Shown in pieces: positions 48,705 to 58,382 of a DNA stretch of 64,000 nt. Position 1 is the first letter of the stretch; each line of letters starts with the position of its first letter. Source of the DNA: a virus. Lineage: Duplodnaviria > Caudoviricetes. The translations under genes and the position numbers were made by a program. The notes under the pieces were generated by a model that worked only from the letters and a program-made list of their open reading frames with translations, had not been told where the DNA came from and searched no databases. The stretch lies in the IMG/VR virus record IMGVR_UViG_3300009370_000001. One strand, 5' to 3'.

Positions 48705-48764
48705 TATATCTAAGTGTTAACAGTGCCTCTCCTATATAAAAAGAGGTGTTTTACGATATAAAAT

Positions 48765-48773
48765 ACTATTTAT
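48765..48773 (+). promoter_or_regulatory. Putative late promoter ACTATTTAT
   Basis: Upstream of the scaffold/MCP operon. Confidence 0.65.
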
Positions 48774-48804
48774 TTTGAATTAGTATCATTTTAGGAGTAT
48801 ATTA

Positions 48805-49983
48805 ATGTCCACTCTTTTGAAAGACGCCATCGTCGACGCTCAAAGCTTGCGTGAAGCAGCTTTAAAAAGCGCGGAAACTACCGTGATTGACAAATACGCA
48901 ACAGAAGTTCGCGAAACCCTGACTAAGTTATTAGAACAGGATGAGATGGAAGATCCACTAGGCGCAGAATTAGAAGCGCCCCCCGCAATGGACCTAGGGG
49001 CCCCCGAAGGTGGTATGGATCCGATGGGCGCCGAAACTGACGCGGGCACTGGAGAACAAGTAGCCGCAAATATTCCCCTTGCCGCGACGGACAACCTTTC
49101 AGAGAACGAAGGCGAAAATTTAGAACGTCTTCCGCGTAGTGGAGAAGACGTCGAGATAGAGATTAACCTTGATGCTCTGCAAGAAGCAGTTCGAACTCTC
49201 CACGATGAACAAGAGATCAACCTCAATGAACAAACACTGGTAGAACTCCTGTCAGAAGACGAAGAGGATCTTGAGGAAGTGCAATCACCCGGTGTCTCGG
49301 CAGCAGCCGAAGCCGAAGCAGACGATGATCAAATGAATAGTCTCCTGAACCCCGGCTCGAAGAAAGAAGATGATGAAAACGTCGATGCCGCAGAGATGTC
49401 AGCCGAAGGCTTAGAAATCACTGATGAATTAATTGAGGATATCGTCGAAAGATTGACGGTAGACATGGGCGCCACCTTAAAAGGTTGGGCCGGCCGCTCC
49501 TCAGAAGATATGAAATATGAATTGGAGAGAGCGCTAGCACATCGTCGCAGCACTGATTTCCAAGATGAATTAGATACTTTAAAGAAGGCTCAAGAAGAGT
49601 TAGTTTTCGAAAATAAACAACTTAACGAGTCCCTTGAACAATATAAGCAAGTAACTGGAGAATTACGACAAGGATTGAATGATGTCAACCTTTCTAATGC
49701 TCGCTTGCTTTACACGAACCGTGTGCTCAGAAATACCTCCTTAAATGAGCGGCAAAAAACAAAGATTGCCGACGCTATTTCGAAAGCTGGTTCAGTAACA
49801 GAAGCCAAGACGATATATCATACGCTTGAAAACGCAACGCCGGCCGCACCACAGCGCGGCCCACAATCGTTGAGTGAAGCCATTACTCGCCGCAGCACTT
49901 CTGTTATTCGTGCTTCTCGTCAAGAGAGCACTCCATCCGATCCCATTGCGGAAAGGATGAAAAGACTAGCAGGCATCAAATGA
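48805..49983 (+). CDS. Prohead core/scaffolding protein (T4 gp22-like)
   Basis: Very acidic coiled coil directly upstream of MCP; LNDVNLSNARLLYTN; C-terminal ERMKRLAGIK. Confidence 0.8.
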   Translation: MSTLLKDAIVDAQSLREAALKSAETTVIDKYATEVRETLTKLLEQDEMEDPLGAELEAPPAMDLGAPEGGMDPMGAETDAGTGEQVAANIPLAATDNLSENEGENLERLPRSGEDVEIEINLDALQEAVRTLHDEQEINLNEQTLVELLSEDEEDLEEVQSPGVSAAAEAEADDDQMNSLLNPGSKKEDDENVDAAEMSAEGLEITDELIEDIVERLTVDMGATLKGWAGRSSEDMKYELERALAHRRSTDFQDELDTLKKAQEELVFENKQLNESLEQYKQVTGELRQGLNDVNLSNARLLYTNRVLRNTSLNERQKTKIADAISKAGSVTEAKTIYHTLENATPAAPQRGPQSLSEAITRRSTSVIRASRQESTPSDPIAERMKRLAGIK

Positions 49984-50021
49984 GATGCCAAAATACAATT
50001 ATATAAGGAGATATTTTAAAA

Positions 50022-51812
50022 ATGGCTGGTATTATTGATAGGTTGACCGAAGGTGTTGTCAACCGTGATATGCGCGCAGAAGGTCACGCTTTGTTATCAA
50101 AGTGGGAGCGCACAGGACTTTTAGAGGGTCTTGATAATGACCGTAAGAAGCAGTCTATGGCTAGGTTACTTGAGAACCAAGCTAAAGAGCTTCTTCGTGA
50201 AAACTCTACGATGTCTGGTGGTGATGTTGAAGGCTTTGCAGCCGTCGCGTTCCCCATCGTCCGTCGTGTTTTTGCAGGACTGATTGCTAACGATCTTGTT
50301 AGTGTTCAGCCGATGAGCTTACCCTCGGGTCTCATCTTCTTCCTGGACTTCGTGTTCTCGCCCAATTTGGGAGACAGTACGGGTCCACAAACCGACCGGT
50401 TTGGTAACCTTGCTGACAAGTCCATTTATGGTACGAATCAGGTTGGTTCACAAATCACTGGCGGTGTCGACTTGGTCAGCACTGATGGTAGTGGCTTCGG
50501 TGGTCCTCGGACCTCTGCCGCGCGCGGTTATGCATATGCATCCCCGAGTGGCTCCGTAACCAACACCACGGCTCAGTACGCAGTACGCGCTCAGTTCAAC
50601 CTTAATGGTAGTGAAACGGACGCAAACAAGAAGTATATCGAGTATGATCCCGATCTTCTTGCGTTGTCTGGAAGTGGCTACAAGGTTAGTGTTTGGGACC
50701 TTACAAAGCAGCTGTTTATCAACCAAGACGCTGATTTCGACAACGTCGCAGCTTTCGAGGTAACAAGCACTGCATTGAACACTGCACTTTCGGGTGTTGT
50801 TGGTGACAGCTACGCGCTGGTACGTCGATTGACACGCGTTGTCACGGCTGCTGATTCCGCTCAATCTGTGGAGAGTGTACGCTTTACTGTCGTTTCTCTC
50901 TCTGCCTCGGTTGGACACATTGCCGAGTCCGGCAACTGGGTAACCCAGGTTCCGATCCGTGACAACTTCAATGCTGCAACCGCTATGGGTGCTGTCGTTG
51001 GTGCTGCGGTTTGGGGACTCGAAGGTAACCCTGAGATCCCCGAGATCGACATCAAGGTGGACAGTACGGCTGTTACCGCGATGACCAAGAAGCTCAAGGC
51101 CAAGTGGACCCCGGAGTTAGGACAAGATCTTAACGCCTACCACAACCTTGATGCTGAGGTTGAGTTGACCAGCATTCTCTCTGAGCAAGTTGCTCTTGAG
51201 ATTGACCGCGAGATCCTTGGTGACCTCGTTGGTGGTGCAACTGCCGGTACTTATTACTGGTCACGTTCACCCGGTTTGTTTGTCGATAAGACGAGTGGCG
51301 TGGAAATTGGAGCAGCTACTAAGGCTCCCGACTTCACCGGTACTGTGAGTGAGTGGTATGAGACCCTCATTGAAACTATCAATGATGTCTCCGCACAGAT
51401 CCATCGCAAGACATTGCGTGGTGGTGCTAACTTCATCGTCTGCGGACCTGAAGTTGCCAACATTCTCGAATTCACGGCTGGTTTCCGTGCCTCTGTTACG
51501 GCAGATGATGAAACCGGTACCGTGGGTGCTGTCAAGACTGGATCTCTTTCCAAGAAGTTTGACGTCATTGTTGACCCATACTTCCTGCGGAACGTGGTTC
51601 TGGTCGGACGTCGTGGTTCCTCTTTCCTTGAAAGCGGATATGTATACGCACCTTATGTGCCGTTACAGACCACACCCACTATCTTTGGCCCTGAAGACTT
51701 CGTGCCCCGCAAGGGCGTGATGACTCGGTACGCCAAGAAGATGGTGCGTCCCGATATGTACGGTCTTGTTATCGTGCGCGGTCTCTTAGGTGAGTCCGGA
51801 TCTGCTACCTAA
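50022..51812 (+). CDS. gp23: Major capsid protein (T4 gp23-like)
   Basis: SVQPMSLPSGLIFFLDF, KLKAKWTPELGQDLNAYHNLDAEVELTSILSEQVALEIDREI, GYVYAPYVPL, and KGVMTRY. Confidence 0.95.
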   Translation: MAGIIDRLTEGVVNRDMRAEGHALLSKWERTGLLEGLDNDRKKQSMARLLENQAKELLRENSTMSGGDVEGFAAVAFPIVRRVFAGLIANDLVSVQPMSLPSGLIFFLDFVFSPNLGDSTGPQTDRFGNLADKSIYGTNQVGSQITGGVDLVSTDGSGFGGPRTSAARGYAYASPSGSVTNTTAQYAVRAQFNLNGSETDANKKYIEYDPDLLALSGSGYKVSVWDLTKQLFINQDADFDNVAAFEVTSTALNTALSGVVGDSYALVRRLTRVVTAADSAQSVESVRFTVVSLSASVGHIAESGNWVTQVPIRDNFNAATAMGAVVGAAVWGLEGNPEIPEIDIKVDSTAVTAMTKKLKAKWTPELGQDLNAYHNLDAEVELTSILSEQVALEIDREILGDLVGGATAGTYYWSRSPGLFVDKTSGVEIGAATKAPDFTGTVSEWYETLIETINDVSAQIHRKTLRGGANFIVCGPEVANILEFTAGFRASVTADDETGTVGAVKTGSLSKKFDVIVDPYFLRNVVLVGRRGSSFLESGYVYAPYVPLQTTPTIFGPEDFVPRKGVMTRYAKKMVRPDMYGLVIVRGLLGESGSAT

Positions 51813-51834
51813 AATTAGCGGATAAATAAAACTT

Positions 51835-51869
51835 AGCCCCTTGGTCGAAAGACCGGGGGGTTTTGTTTT
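51835..51869 (+). terminator. Rho-independent terminator after MCP
   Basis: CCCCTTGGTC-GAAA-GACCGGGGGG stem followed by TTTTGTTTT. Confidence 0.85.
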
Positions 51870-51875
51870 GCCTAG

Positions 51876-51884
51876 ACTATTTAG
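51876..51884 (+). promoter_or_regulatory. Putative late promoter ACTATTTAG
   Basis: Immediately after the terminator and ahead of a roughly 110-nt leader. Confidence 0.6.
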
Positions 51885-51994
51885 TGTAGGCGTTGTAGGA
51901 GGCGTCTATAGTCTGTGCACAGCGCAGCTATTAGCTAGCAGGTTTATAACTTGCGCAGCACTACATAATTCAATATATAAGGAGGAATTTTGAA

Positions 51995-52441
51995 ATGGCT
52001 GTTTCACAAAATATTGCAAGATTGCGTGCCCTCATGCAGGGACTTGCGGTGACCAATGTTAAAAGCATGGGTTTTCAATTAATGCAACTCGAATCCAAAG
52101 AATCGGTGGATGGAGGACTCGACGATGGGGCTAATACCTCACCACAGGCTCTTTCTTTGACTACTTTACTTTCTCTTGTCACTACGGCAGCAGGCTCCGG
52201 AAGCGTTTCGCTTGCGGCTGGCAACACTACTGGACAAGTTAAGTATGTGGTATTAAAAGAGGTTGGAGGTTCCAAGAGTCTCACCCTTAGCTGTTCGGCA
52301 GGTGTTGGAGGTACGGCATTGACTGCGTCGATAAATCAGGCTCGACAAGCGCTTGGTTTAATTTATGATGGGCAGAACTGGCAAATTTTGCACACTGCGA
52401 CAAGCGGTAGTGGAATCCAGGGCGGAGCCGGCGGAGTTTAG
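51995..52441 (+). CDS. Putative capsid decoration protein
   Basis: Strong AAGGAGG RBS, directly after MCP; SLAAGNTTGQVKYVV...LIYDGQNWQIL resembles the fibre C-terminal domain. Confidence 0.6.
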   Translation: MAVSQNIARLRALMQGLAVTNVKSMGFQLMQLESKESVDGGLDDGANTSPQALSLTTLLSLVTTAAGSGSVSLAAGNTTGQVKYVVLKEVGGSKSLTLSCSAGVGGTALTASINQARQALGLIYDGQNWQILHTATSGSGIQGGAGGV

Positions 52442-52477
52442 TTTAAACTTTTATAAGAAACTATCTGTGTCTTTATT

Positions 52478-52510
52478 AAAGCCCCTCAATTTCGGTTGGG
52501 GGGCTTTTCT
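52478..52510 (+). terminator. Rho-independent terminator (UUCG loop)
   Basis: AAAGCCCCTCAAT-TTCG-GTTGGGGGGCTTT-TCT. Confidence 0.8.
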
Positions 52511-52594
52511 ATCGAGACCAATAATCAAAAATGTCGATTTCCCAAATTTTTTCCCCGGTAAATTTTTGAGATTTTCGTTTTTATGTTTTAAAAA

Positions 52595-52603
52595 ACTAAT
52601 TAG
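52595..52603 (+). promoter_or_regulatory. Late-motif variant ACTAATTAG
   Basis: Upstream of the neck gene RBS. Confidence 0.5.
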
Positions 52604-52622
52604 AACAGCGGGAGTTTAATAT

Positions 52623-53894
52623 ATGCCAACCAACCTACAACCACGATCTGAAACAAGTGCTATAGTTTTGACGTCTACAGGAAGTGTAGACCTAGTATCT
52701 GGTTCTTTACCCTTTGGAATCTACACAGGTTCTGCCGATTTCTTAAGTGGTGCAGCCCTTCAGGTAGCTTATACCTATAAGAAGCTCGGCGGAGATGTAA
52801 TAGACATCGAACTGACGCCTTCAAACGTCTATGCGGCGTATGAAGAAGCGGTCTTAGAATATTCGTATATTATTAACCTTCACCAATCTAAAAATGCTCT
52901 ATCCACCTTCCTAGGAAATGCAACAGGCACCTTCGATCACAAGGGAGATCGGAAAAGTGGTCCCTCTAATATCAATTTAAGATATCCAAGATTTACAACT
53001 GGATATTCTCGTCGCGTAGGTGACGGGGCGGCAGCAGCAGGCGGATTTGGGGGCACTGTGCCCGAATATTCGGCCTCCTTCCAACCTCAAACCAAAGTGC
53101 AGGACTATGACCTTCAATCAATCATCCAGAGTGCTTCCGTATCAGGAGTGGATGATGCCGGCACTGGGATTGATTTCCAAAATAAAGTTGATAATAAACG
53201 TGTAATCATCACAAAGGTGTTTTATAAGTCTCCCCGCGCAATGTGGCGTTTTTATGGCTACTACGGTGGGTTTGGCGTTGTTGGCAACATGTCAACTTAT
53301 GGTCAGTTTGCCGATGATTCCACTTTTGAAATTATTCCCACATGGCAGAACAAAATGCAAGCCATTATGTATGAAGATTCGATCTACACTAGAACTTCGC
53401 ATTATTCATACGAAATTATTAATGATCGCTTACGAATTTACCCAGAGCCCACTACGTGGAGCGATTCCCAGCTAGATCGTATTTGGGTAAGGTTCTATGT
53501 TGATATTGTGCCATGGCAGGAGGATGGAGATACTAAAACGGGGATTGAAGGCATTAATAATATGAATACGGTTCCTTTTGACAATATTCCCTATGCCAAT
53601 ATTAATGCTATTGGAAAACAATGGATTAGAAAATATGCATTAGCCCTCTCTAAAGAGATGTTGGGGCAAATTCGTGGAAAATTTACCACTGTGCCCATTC
53701 CGGGAGAAAGCGTGACATTAAACTTTGCGGATTTGTTGTCGCAGGCCAAAGAAGAACAAACAGCACTTAAGGATAAACTTATGGAGATGTTGAAGGAGAT
53801 GGAGTATCCCGCACTGGCTAAGTCGGATCAAGAACTGACTGACGCCGCAACTGAGGTATTAAAGATCACACCTCTTCCAATTTTTGTAGGATAA
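52623..53894 (+). CDS. Neck protein (T4 gp13-like)
   Basis: YKKLGGDVIDIEL and WIRKYALALSKEMLGQIRGKF; position after the capsid genes. Confidence 0.75.
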   Translation: MPTNLQPRSETSAIVLTSTGSVDLVSGSLPFGIYTGSADFLSGAALQVAYTYKKLGGDVIDIELTPSNVYAAYEEAVLEYSYIINLHQSKNALSTFLGNATGTFDHKGDRKSGPSNINLRYPRFTTGYSRRVGDGAAAAGGFGGTVPEYSASFQPQTKVQDYDLQSIIQSASVSGVDDAGTGIDFQNKVDNKRVIITKVFYKSPRAMWRFYGYYGGFGVVGNMSTYGQFADDSTFEIIPTWQNKMQAIMYEDSIYTRTSHYSYEIINDRLRIYPEPTTWSDSQLDRIWVRFYVDIVPWQEDGDTKTGIEGINNMNTVPFDNIPYANINAIGKQWIRKYALALSKEMLGQIRGKFTTVPIPGESVTLNFADLLSQAKEEQTALKDKLMEMLKEMEYPALAKSDQELTDAATEVLKITPLPIFVG

Positions 53895-53901
53895 TTAAAT
53901 A

Positions 53902-54393
53902 ATGGCAGATAATGAATGGGAAAGACCTAAAAATCCTCCTCCTCCTCTTTTCTTGGGGAAGAAAGAGCGCAATTTAGTCAAACAAGTTAATGACGAATTA
54001 ATTGAAAAAGTCATTGGCCAACAGATCTTATATTATCCTATCGATTTAGAGACTACCAACTTTCACGAGCTTTACGGCGAGGCTATCAAAAAGACTTACT
54101 TACCTCCCCTCCGAGTTTATGCATTGGTAGAATTCTCCACCGAAGCTACTGAATATATGAAGAATTTCGGAGTAGACAAGACTTGGGAAATTGCAGTATA
54201 TTTCCATAGACGCCGCTTGACCGAAGATCAAGACTTATATGTGCGGGAAGGCGATTTTGTTCTATATGGCTCCAATTATTATGAAATTTTAAAAATTGAA
54301 GAGGAGCGGAAACTCTTTGGACAGGTTGATCACACCTTCCAGATAAAAGCAACGTGTAAGCGCGCGCGCAAGGGACTATTCGATGCTACCTGA
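53902..54393 (+). CDS. Neck/head-completion protein (T4 gp14-like)
   Basis: IGQQILYY, LYGEA, and EGDFVLY pattern; gene order. Confidence 0.65.
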   Translation: MADNEWERPKNPPPPLFLGKKERNLVKQVNDELIEKVIGQQILYYPIDLETTNFHELYGEAIKKTYLPPLRVYALVEFSTEATEYMKNFGVDKTWEIAVYFHRRRLTEDQDLYVREGDFVLYGSNYYEILKIEEERKLFGQVDHTFQIKATCKRARKGLFDAT

Positions 54394-55273
54394 TAATTTT
54401 GATTTTGCAATGCTGCCTACAGGAAGCGTGGGCAATACCACCTTTACCTTAGAAGAGATAGGGATGCTGGCCTCCACTATTGAGAATATAGATTATTCTC
54501 TGGTATCGTGGGTAAAAGAAGACTTGAAACTCAGCACTGTTACCAATGAAGGCTTTAAAGAAGTCCCTGTATTGTGGCAAGTTCCTGAAAGGGCGTATCA
54601 GGTTAAAAATGAAAAATCCTTGCGCGATGACAACGATGCGCTGAAATTACCTCTTATTAGCGTAGAAAGAACAGGGATTGTGAAAAACCCTCAAAATCGG
54701 GGATCGTTTCAAGCTCATTTGTATTCTAATAAGCACAACCAGCGCTCCGGCCGATTTGTTATTGCAAAGCGCATTGTTGAAGACAAGACCCGTAATTATG
54801 CCACCGCGGTCGGCACACGAACCAATGCCGGCGGCACCCTCCAGCGTAATTATCCCCGCATTAATAAGCAAGTAGTAGTACAGTTTTTATCAGTGCCTAT
54901 CCCGGTATATGTGGATCTGGAATATAAGATTATAATTAAAACAGAATATCAGCAACAGATGAACCAATTGGTATCCCCCTTCATTGGGCGAACAGGTCAA
55001 ACCAATGTTTTTGTCATGAGGCGTAATGGACATCTTTACGAAGGCTTTATAGACCAAAACTTTACTCACAATAACACAGTAGCTGATTTAGCTGAAGATG
55101 CTCGCCTCTTTGAAACCGAAATCACTATTAAAGTCTTAGGGTATCTCATTGGGGAAGGCGAAAGCGATGATCGCCCCATTGTGACGATGGAAGAAAACAT
55201 TGTAGAAGTTACATTTCCTAGCGAAGGACCGGTCCCAACCGGCAATCTTAATATCTTTGGTAAGACTTCCTGA
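54383..55273 (+). CDS. Tail terminator/sheath stabilizer (T4 gp15-like)
   Basis: LKLPLISVER and PVYVDLEYKIII; lies between neck and sheath. Confidence 0.6.
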   Translation: MLPDNFDFAMLPTGSVGNTTFTLEEIGMLASTIENIDYSLVSWVKEDLKLSTVTNEGFKEVPVLWQVPERAYQVKNEKSLRDDNDALKLPLISVERTGIVKNPQNRGSFQAHLYSNKHNQRSGRFVIAKRIVEDKTRNYATAVGTRTNAGGTLQRNYPRINKQVVVQFLSVPIPVYVDLEYKIIIKTEYQQQMNQLVSPFIGRTGQTNVFVMRRNGHLYEGFIDQNFTHNNTVADLAEDARLFETEITIKVLGYLIGEGESDDRPIVTMEENIVEVTFPSEGPVPTGNLNIFGKTS

Positions 55274-55324
55274 AGTAAACCCCCATTTTTCTTTGCAGTT
55301 CAGGAGCTTTTTGAGATCCCAAAT

Positions 55325-55333
55325 ACTATTTAA
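55325..55333 (+). promoter_or_regulatory. Putative late promoter ACTATTTAA
   Basis: Upstream of the sheath gene. Confidence 0.65.
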
Positions 55334-55387
55334 TTAATGATTACAGTGGCGTAATTTTAGCCCATTGTCTTAAAAGGAATCACAAAT

Positions 55388-58318
55388 ATGTCAGTAAAAA
55401 ACTTTAAGTTTGTCTCTCCTGGTGTTTTTATCAATGAGATCGACAACTCTTTCATTCCCAAGTCAGCAGAAGAAATTGGACCTGTTGTTATTGGTCGTGC
55501 CTCTAGGGGCCCCGCTATGCAACCTGTTAAGGTCCGCTCTTACTCTGAATTTGTAGAAGTGTTCGGAGATACAGTACCCGGAGGTACCGGCGGCGATGTT
55601 TATCGCGATGGCAACTACCAATCCGCAATGTACGGTACTTATGCCGCTAAAGCTTTTTTGCGTGCCAATGTGGCGCCCCTGACATATGTGCGCCTCTTAG
55701 GTGAGCAACACGCTAATAACACAGGCGCCTCTACCGCGCTCGCTGGTTGGAAAACAACTGAGAGCCCCGGGGCCACTTATGCTGCTAACGGAGGCGCCTA
55801 CGGACTCTGGATCTGGCCGTCTGGCTCTGGTACCATAGTAGGTGGGACAGCCGGACTACAAGGCGTCCTGGCTGCTATTTGGTACGTAGATGATAATGCT
55901 TCAATTGCTTTAAGTGGGACGCTAATGCGCTCCACAGCTACGACTGCTTCTATTGGGCAGGTCATAGCTAACGATACTGCCACCGCCAATTCTTTTACGG
56001 TGGAGATTCGAAACAACGACTTAGCCAGCGAAAAAATTCGCTTTAATCTTGATGATAGTTCCGATCTCTTCATTCGCAAGCGTTTTAACACCAATCCTCA
56101 ACTAGTGGCGGCTGCAGGAACATTTGCACCGGCCTCGTCGAAGAAAAACTATTGGCTTGGTGAGAGTTTCGAACAAGAAATTCGCGATGGTATCCATTCA
56201 AATCCCGCTCTCTTTACAGTGACGAGCGGAAGTTCTCTTACCTCTGCTGCTCTCCATGGATGTATCCTTCCTATAGCATTGAATAGCGCTAACACAACAG
56301 GGCCTCACAATGTTCAGGGGGTTAGTGCAGACTCGGCCCTTGGTAAAGCCGGTTGGTTCATTGGTCAAGACCTTGGAACTCCCGCTTCCTTCCGTCCGGA
56401 TCAGATGCAACAGCTTTTCCGTCTTAAAGACCGCGGACACGGCGAGTGGCTCCAAAAGAACGTTAAGGTTTCTATTGAGAACATTCGTAAGTCCACCTCT
56501 ACGGTAAGTGACTACGGAACATTCAGCGTGGTTCTTCGCGCTCTGTCAGATACCGATAGTAATGTTCAAGTGATGGAACGGTTTGATAACTGTACGCTCG
56601 ATCCCACTTCCCCCAATTTCCTTTCTCGCAAGATTGGAGATCAGTATACATCTTGGGATACCACTAGTCGTCGATTGAAGACTTATGGAGAATATGCAAA
56701 CCAATCTAAGTTCGTGTATGTGGAAATGAATGCGACTGTAGAAGCCGGCGGCACTGACGCCGAATTGCTTCCCTTCGGATATTATGGGCCGCCCCGGTTT
56801 ACGAGCGGAATCTCTGTTAGTTCTTCAGTCGACTTGACTGACCAGAATTTGATGATCTTTAATACCCCAACACTTCTGAGTGGTTCAACACTCTTGTCCA
56901 GCGTTGGTCTCGCCGGACAAGCGCTGGCCCTGACTGCGAGTCTCGGATTCCCCGTTGCACAGACTCGCTTGTCGGCATCTGATGGCGGCTTAGCAGATAA
57001 TACTGATGCCTACTTTGGATTCCAAAGCACGCGTTCGTCGACTAGCACCCGCTGGGATCCGAGCGTGGCCTCAATGCATCGTTTCTGGACTGCAACATCT
57101 GTTGACGATCCAGTAAACAGCACCGCGGTTGCCGGTATTGAATCTTATGCGTATATTTTCACTCTTGATAATGTGCTCTCTTGCAGTTCCGGCGGATACT
57201 ATTATGAATCCGGATCTCGCGCCTCCTCTAAGTCTGTAACGAGTGCCTCCTACGGCGATATCTTAGACCTCGGATACAGCCAATTCACCGCTCCTATTTG
57301 GGGTGGCTTCGATGGCTGGGATATCACAAAGCCCGATCCTCTATATAACACTGGAATGACAGACATTAGCAGTGTAGATGATCGCAATAGCTATGCTTAT
57401 AACACGATTAAGCGCGCTGTTGATACAGTAGCCGACCCTGAGTCTCTTAATATGAATCTCTTGGCCGCACCCGGCGTAACGGTTCCGGGCCTGACTACAC
57501 ATATGGTAAACGTTTGTGAAGAGCGCGCAGATGCGATGTCTCTCATTGACCTGCCTAATGTATACCTCCCTGCTTCTGAAGGATCTTATTCTTCTCGCAG
57601 CACAAAGGCTTCCCGTATCGCCACAACCCCCCAGCAAGCAGCCACAACCCTTCGGAATCGTCGAATTGACTCCAGTTATGGCGCAACTTTCTATCCGTGG
57701 GTCCAGACAGTAGACGACCGAACAGGCCGCATGCTGTGGATTCCGCCTTCCGTCGCAATGATGGGAGTGCTGGCATCTTCACAAGCTTCGTCTGAATTGT
57801 GGTTCGCTCCTGCGGGCTTCAATCGCGGCGGTCTTAGTGATGGCGCAGCAGGTATTCCAGTTACTTCTGTGACTGAGAGACTGACATCTAAAGAGCGCGA
57901 CACTCTTTACGATGCGCGCATTAATCCGATTGCCTCGTTCCCCTCTAGCGGAATTGTGGTGTTTGGGCAGAAGACGCTTCAAGAGCGCCAAAGTGCCTTG
58001 GACCGTATTAATGTACGCCGACTCGTTATCTACTTGAAGAAGCAGATTTCTATTCTCTCCACTCAAATTCTGTTTGAGCAAAACGTACAAGCGACGTGGG
58101 CGAGATTTAAGGGACTTGTCGAGCCCTTCCTGCAGAACGCAGTCGTGAGATTGGGACTTACCGAATATAGACTGGTCCTGGACGAATCTACTACAACCCC
58201 AGATTTGATTGACCAGAATATTATGTATGCCAAGATTATGGTTAAACCTGCACGCTCTATTGAGTTCATTGCGATTGATTTTGTGATTGCCTCGACGGGA
58301 GCATCTTTTGATGACTAA
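55388..58318 (+). CDS. gp18: Contractile tail sheath protein (T4 gp18-like)
   Basis: SPGVFINEID N-terminus; WIPPS, WFAPAGFNRG, INPI, FGQKTLQ, and ALDRINVRRL. Confidence 0.93.
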   Translation: MSVKNFKFVSPGVFINEIDNSFIPKSAEEIGPVVIGRASRGPAMQPVKVRSYSEFVEVFGDTVPGGTGGDVYRDGNYQSAMYGTYAAKAFLRANVAPLTYVRLLGEQHANNTGASTALAGWKTTESPGATYAANGGAYGLWIWPSGSGTIVGGTAGLQGVLAAIWYVDDNASIALSGTLMRSTATTASIGQVIANDTATANSFTVEIRNNDLASEKIRFNLDDSSDLFIRKRFNTNPQLVAAAGTFAPASSKKNYWLGESFEQEIRDGIHSNPALFTVTSGSSLTSAALHGCILPIALNSANTTGPHNVQGVSADSALGKAGWFIGQDLGTPASFRPDQMQQLFRLKDRGHGEWLQKNVKVSIENIRKSTSTVSDYGTFSVVLRALSDTDSNVQVMERFDNCTLDPTSPNFLSRKIGDQYTSWDTTSRRLKTYGEYANQSKFVYVEMNATVEAGGTDAELLPFGYYGPPRFTSGISVSSSVDLTDQNLMIFNTPTLLSGSTLLSSVGLAGQALALTASLGFPVAQTRLSASDGGLADNTDAYFGFQSTRSSTSTRWDPSVASMHRFWTATSVDDPVNSTAVAGIESYAYIFTLDNVLSCSSGGYYYESGSRASSKSVTSASYGDILDLGYSQFTAPIWGGFDGWDITKPDPLYNTGMTDISSVDDRNSYAYNTIKRAVDTVADPESLNMNLLAAPGVTVPGLTTHMVNVCEERADAMSLIDLPNVYLPASEGSYSSRSTKASRIATTPQQAATTLRNRRIDSSYGATFYPWVQTVDDRTGRMLWIPPSVAMMGVLASSQASSELWFAPAGFNRGGLSDGAAGIPVTSVTERLTSKERDTLYDARINPIASFPSSGIVVFGQKTLQERQSALDRINVRRLVIYLKKQISILSTQILFEQNVQATWARFKGLVEPFLQNAVVRLGLTEYRLVLDESTTTPDLIDQNIMYAKIMVKPARSIEFIAIDFVIASTGASFDD

Positions 58319-58344
58319 AGATACGGGAGTTTTTCCTTCCGTTG

Positions 58345-58353
58345 ACTATTTAA
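58345..58353 (+). promoter_or_regulatory. Putative late promoter ACTATTTAA
   Basis: Upstream of the tube gene. Confidence 0.65.
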
Positions 58354-58382
58354 TTTTGAAACCTTATAGGAGTACCTAAATC

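Noticed and set aside
55265-55312. Terminator before the sheath promoter (TCCTGAA...TTCAGGA plus T-tract)
   Set aside because: The loop is about 25 nt and the left arm overlaps the upstream stop; too weak to call.
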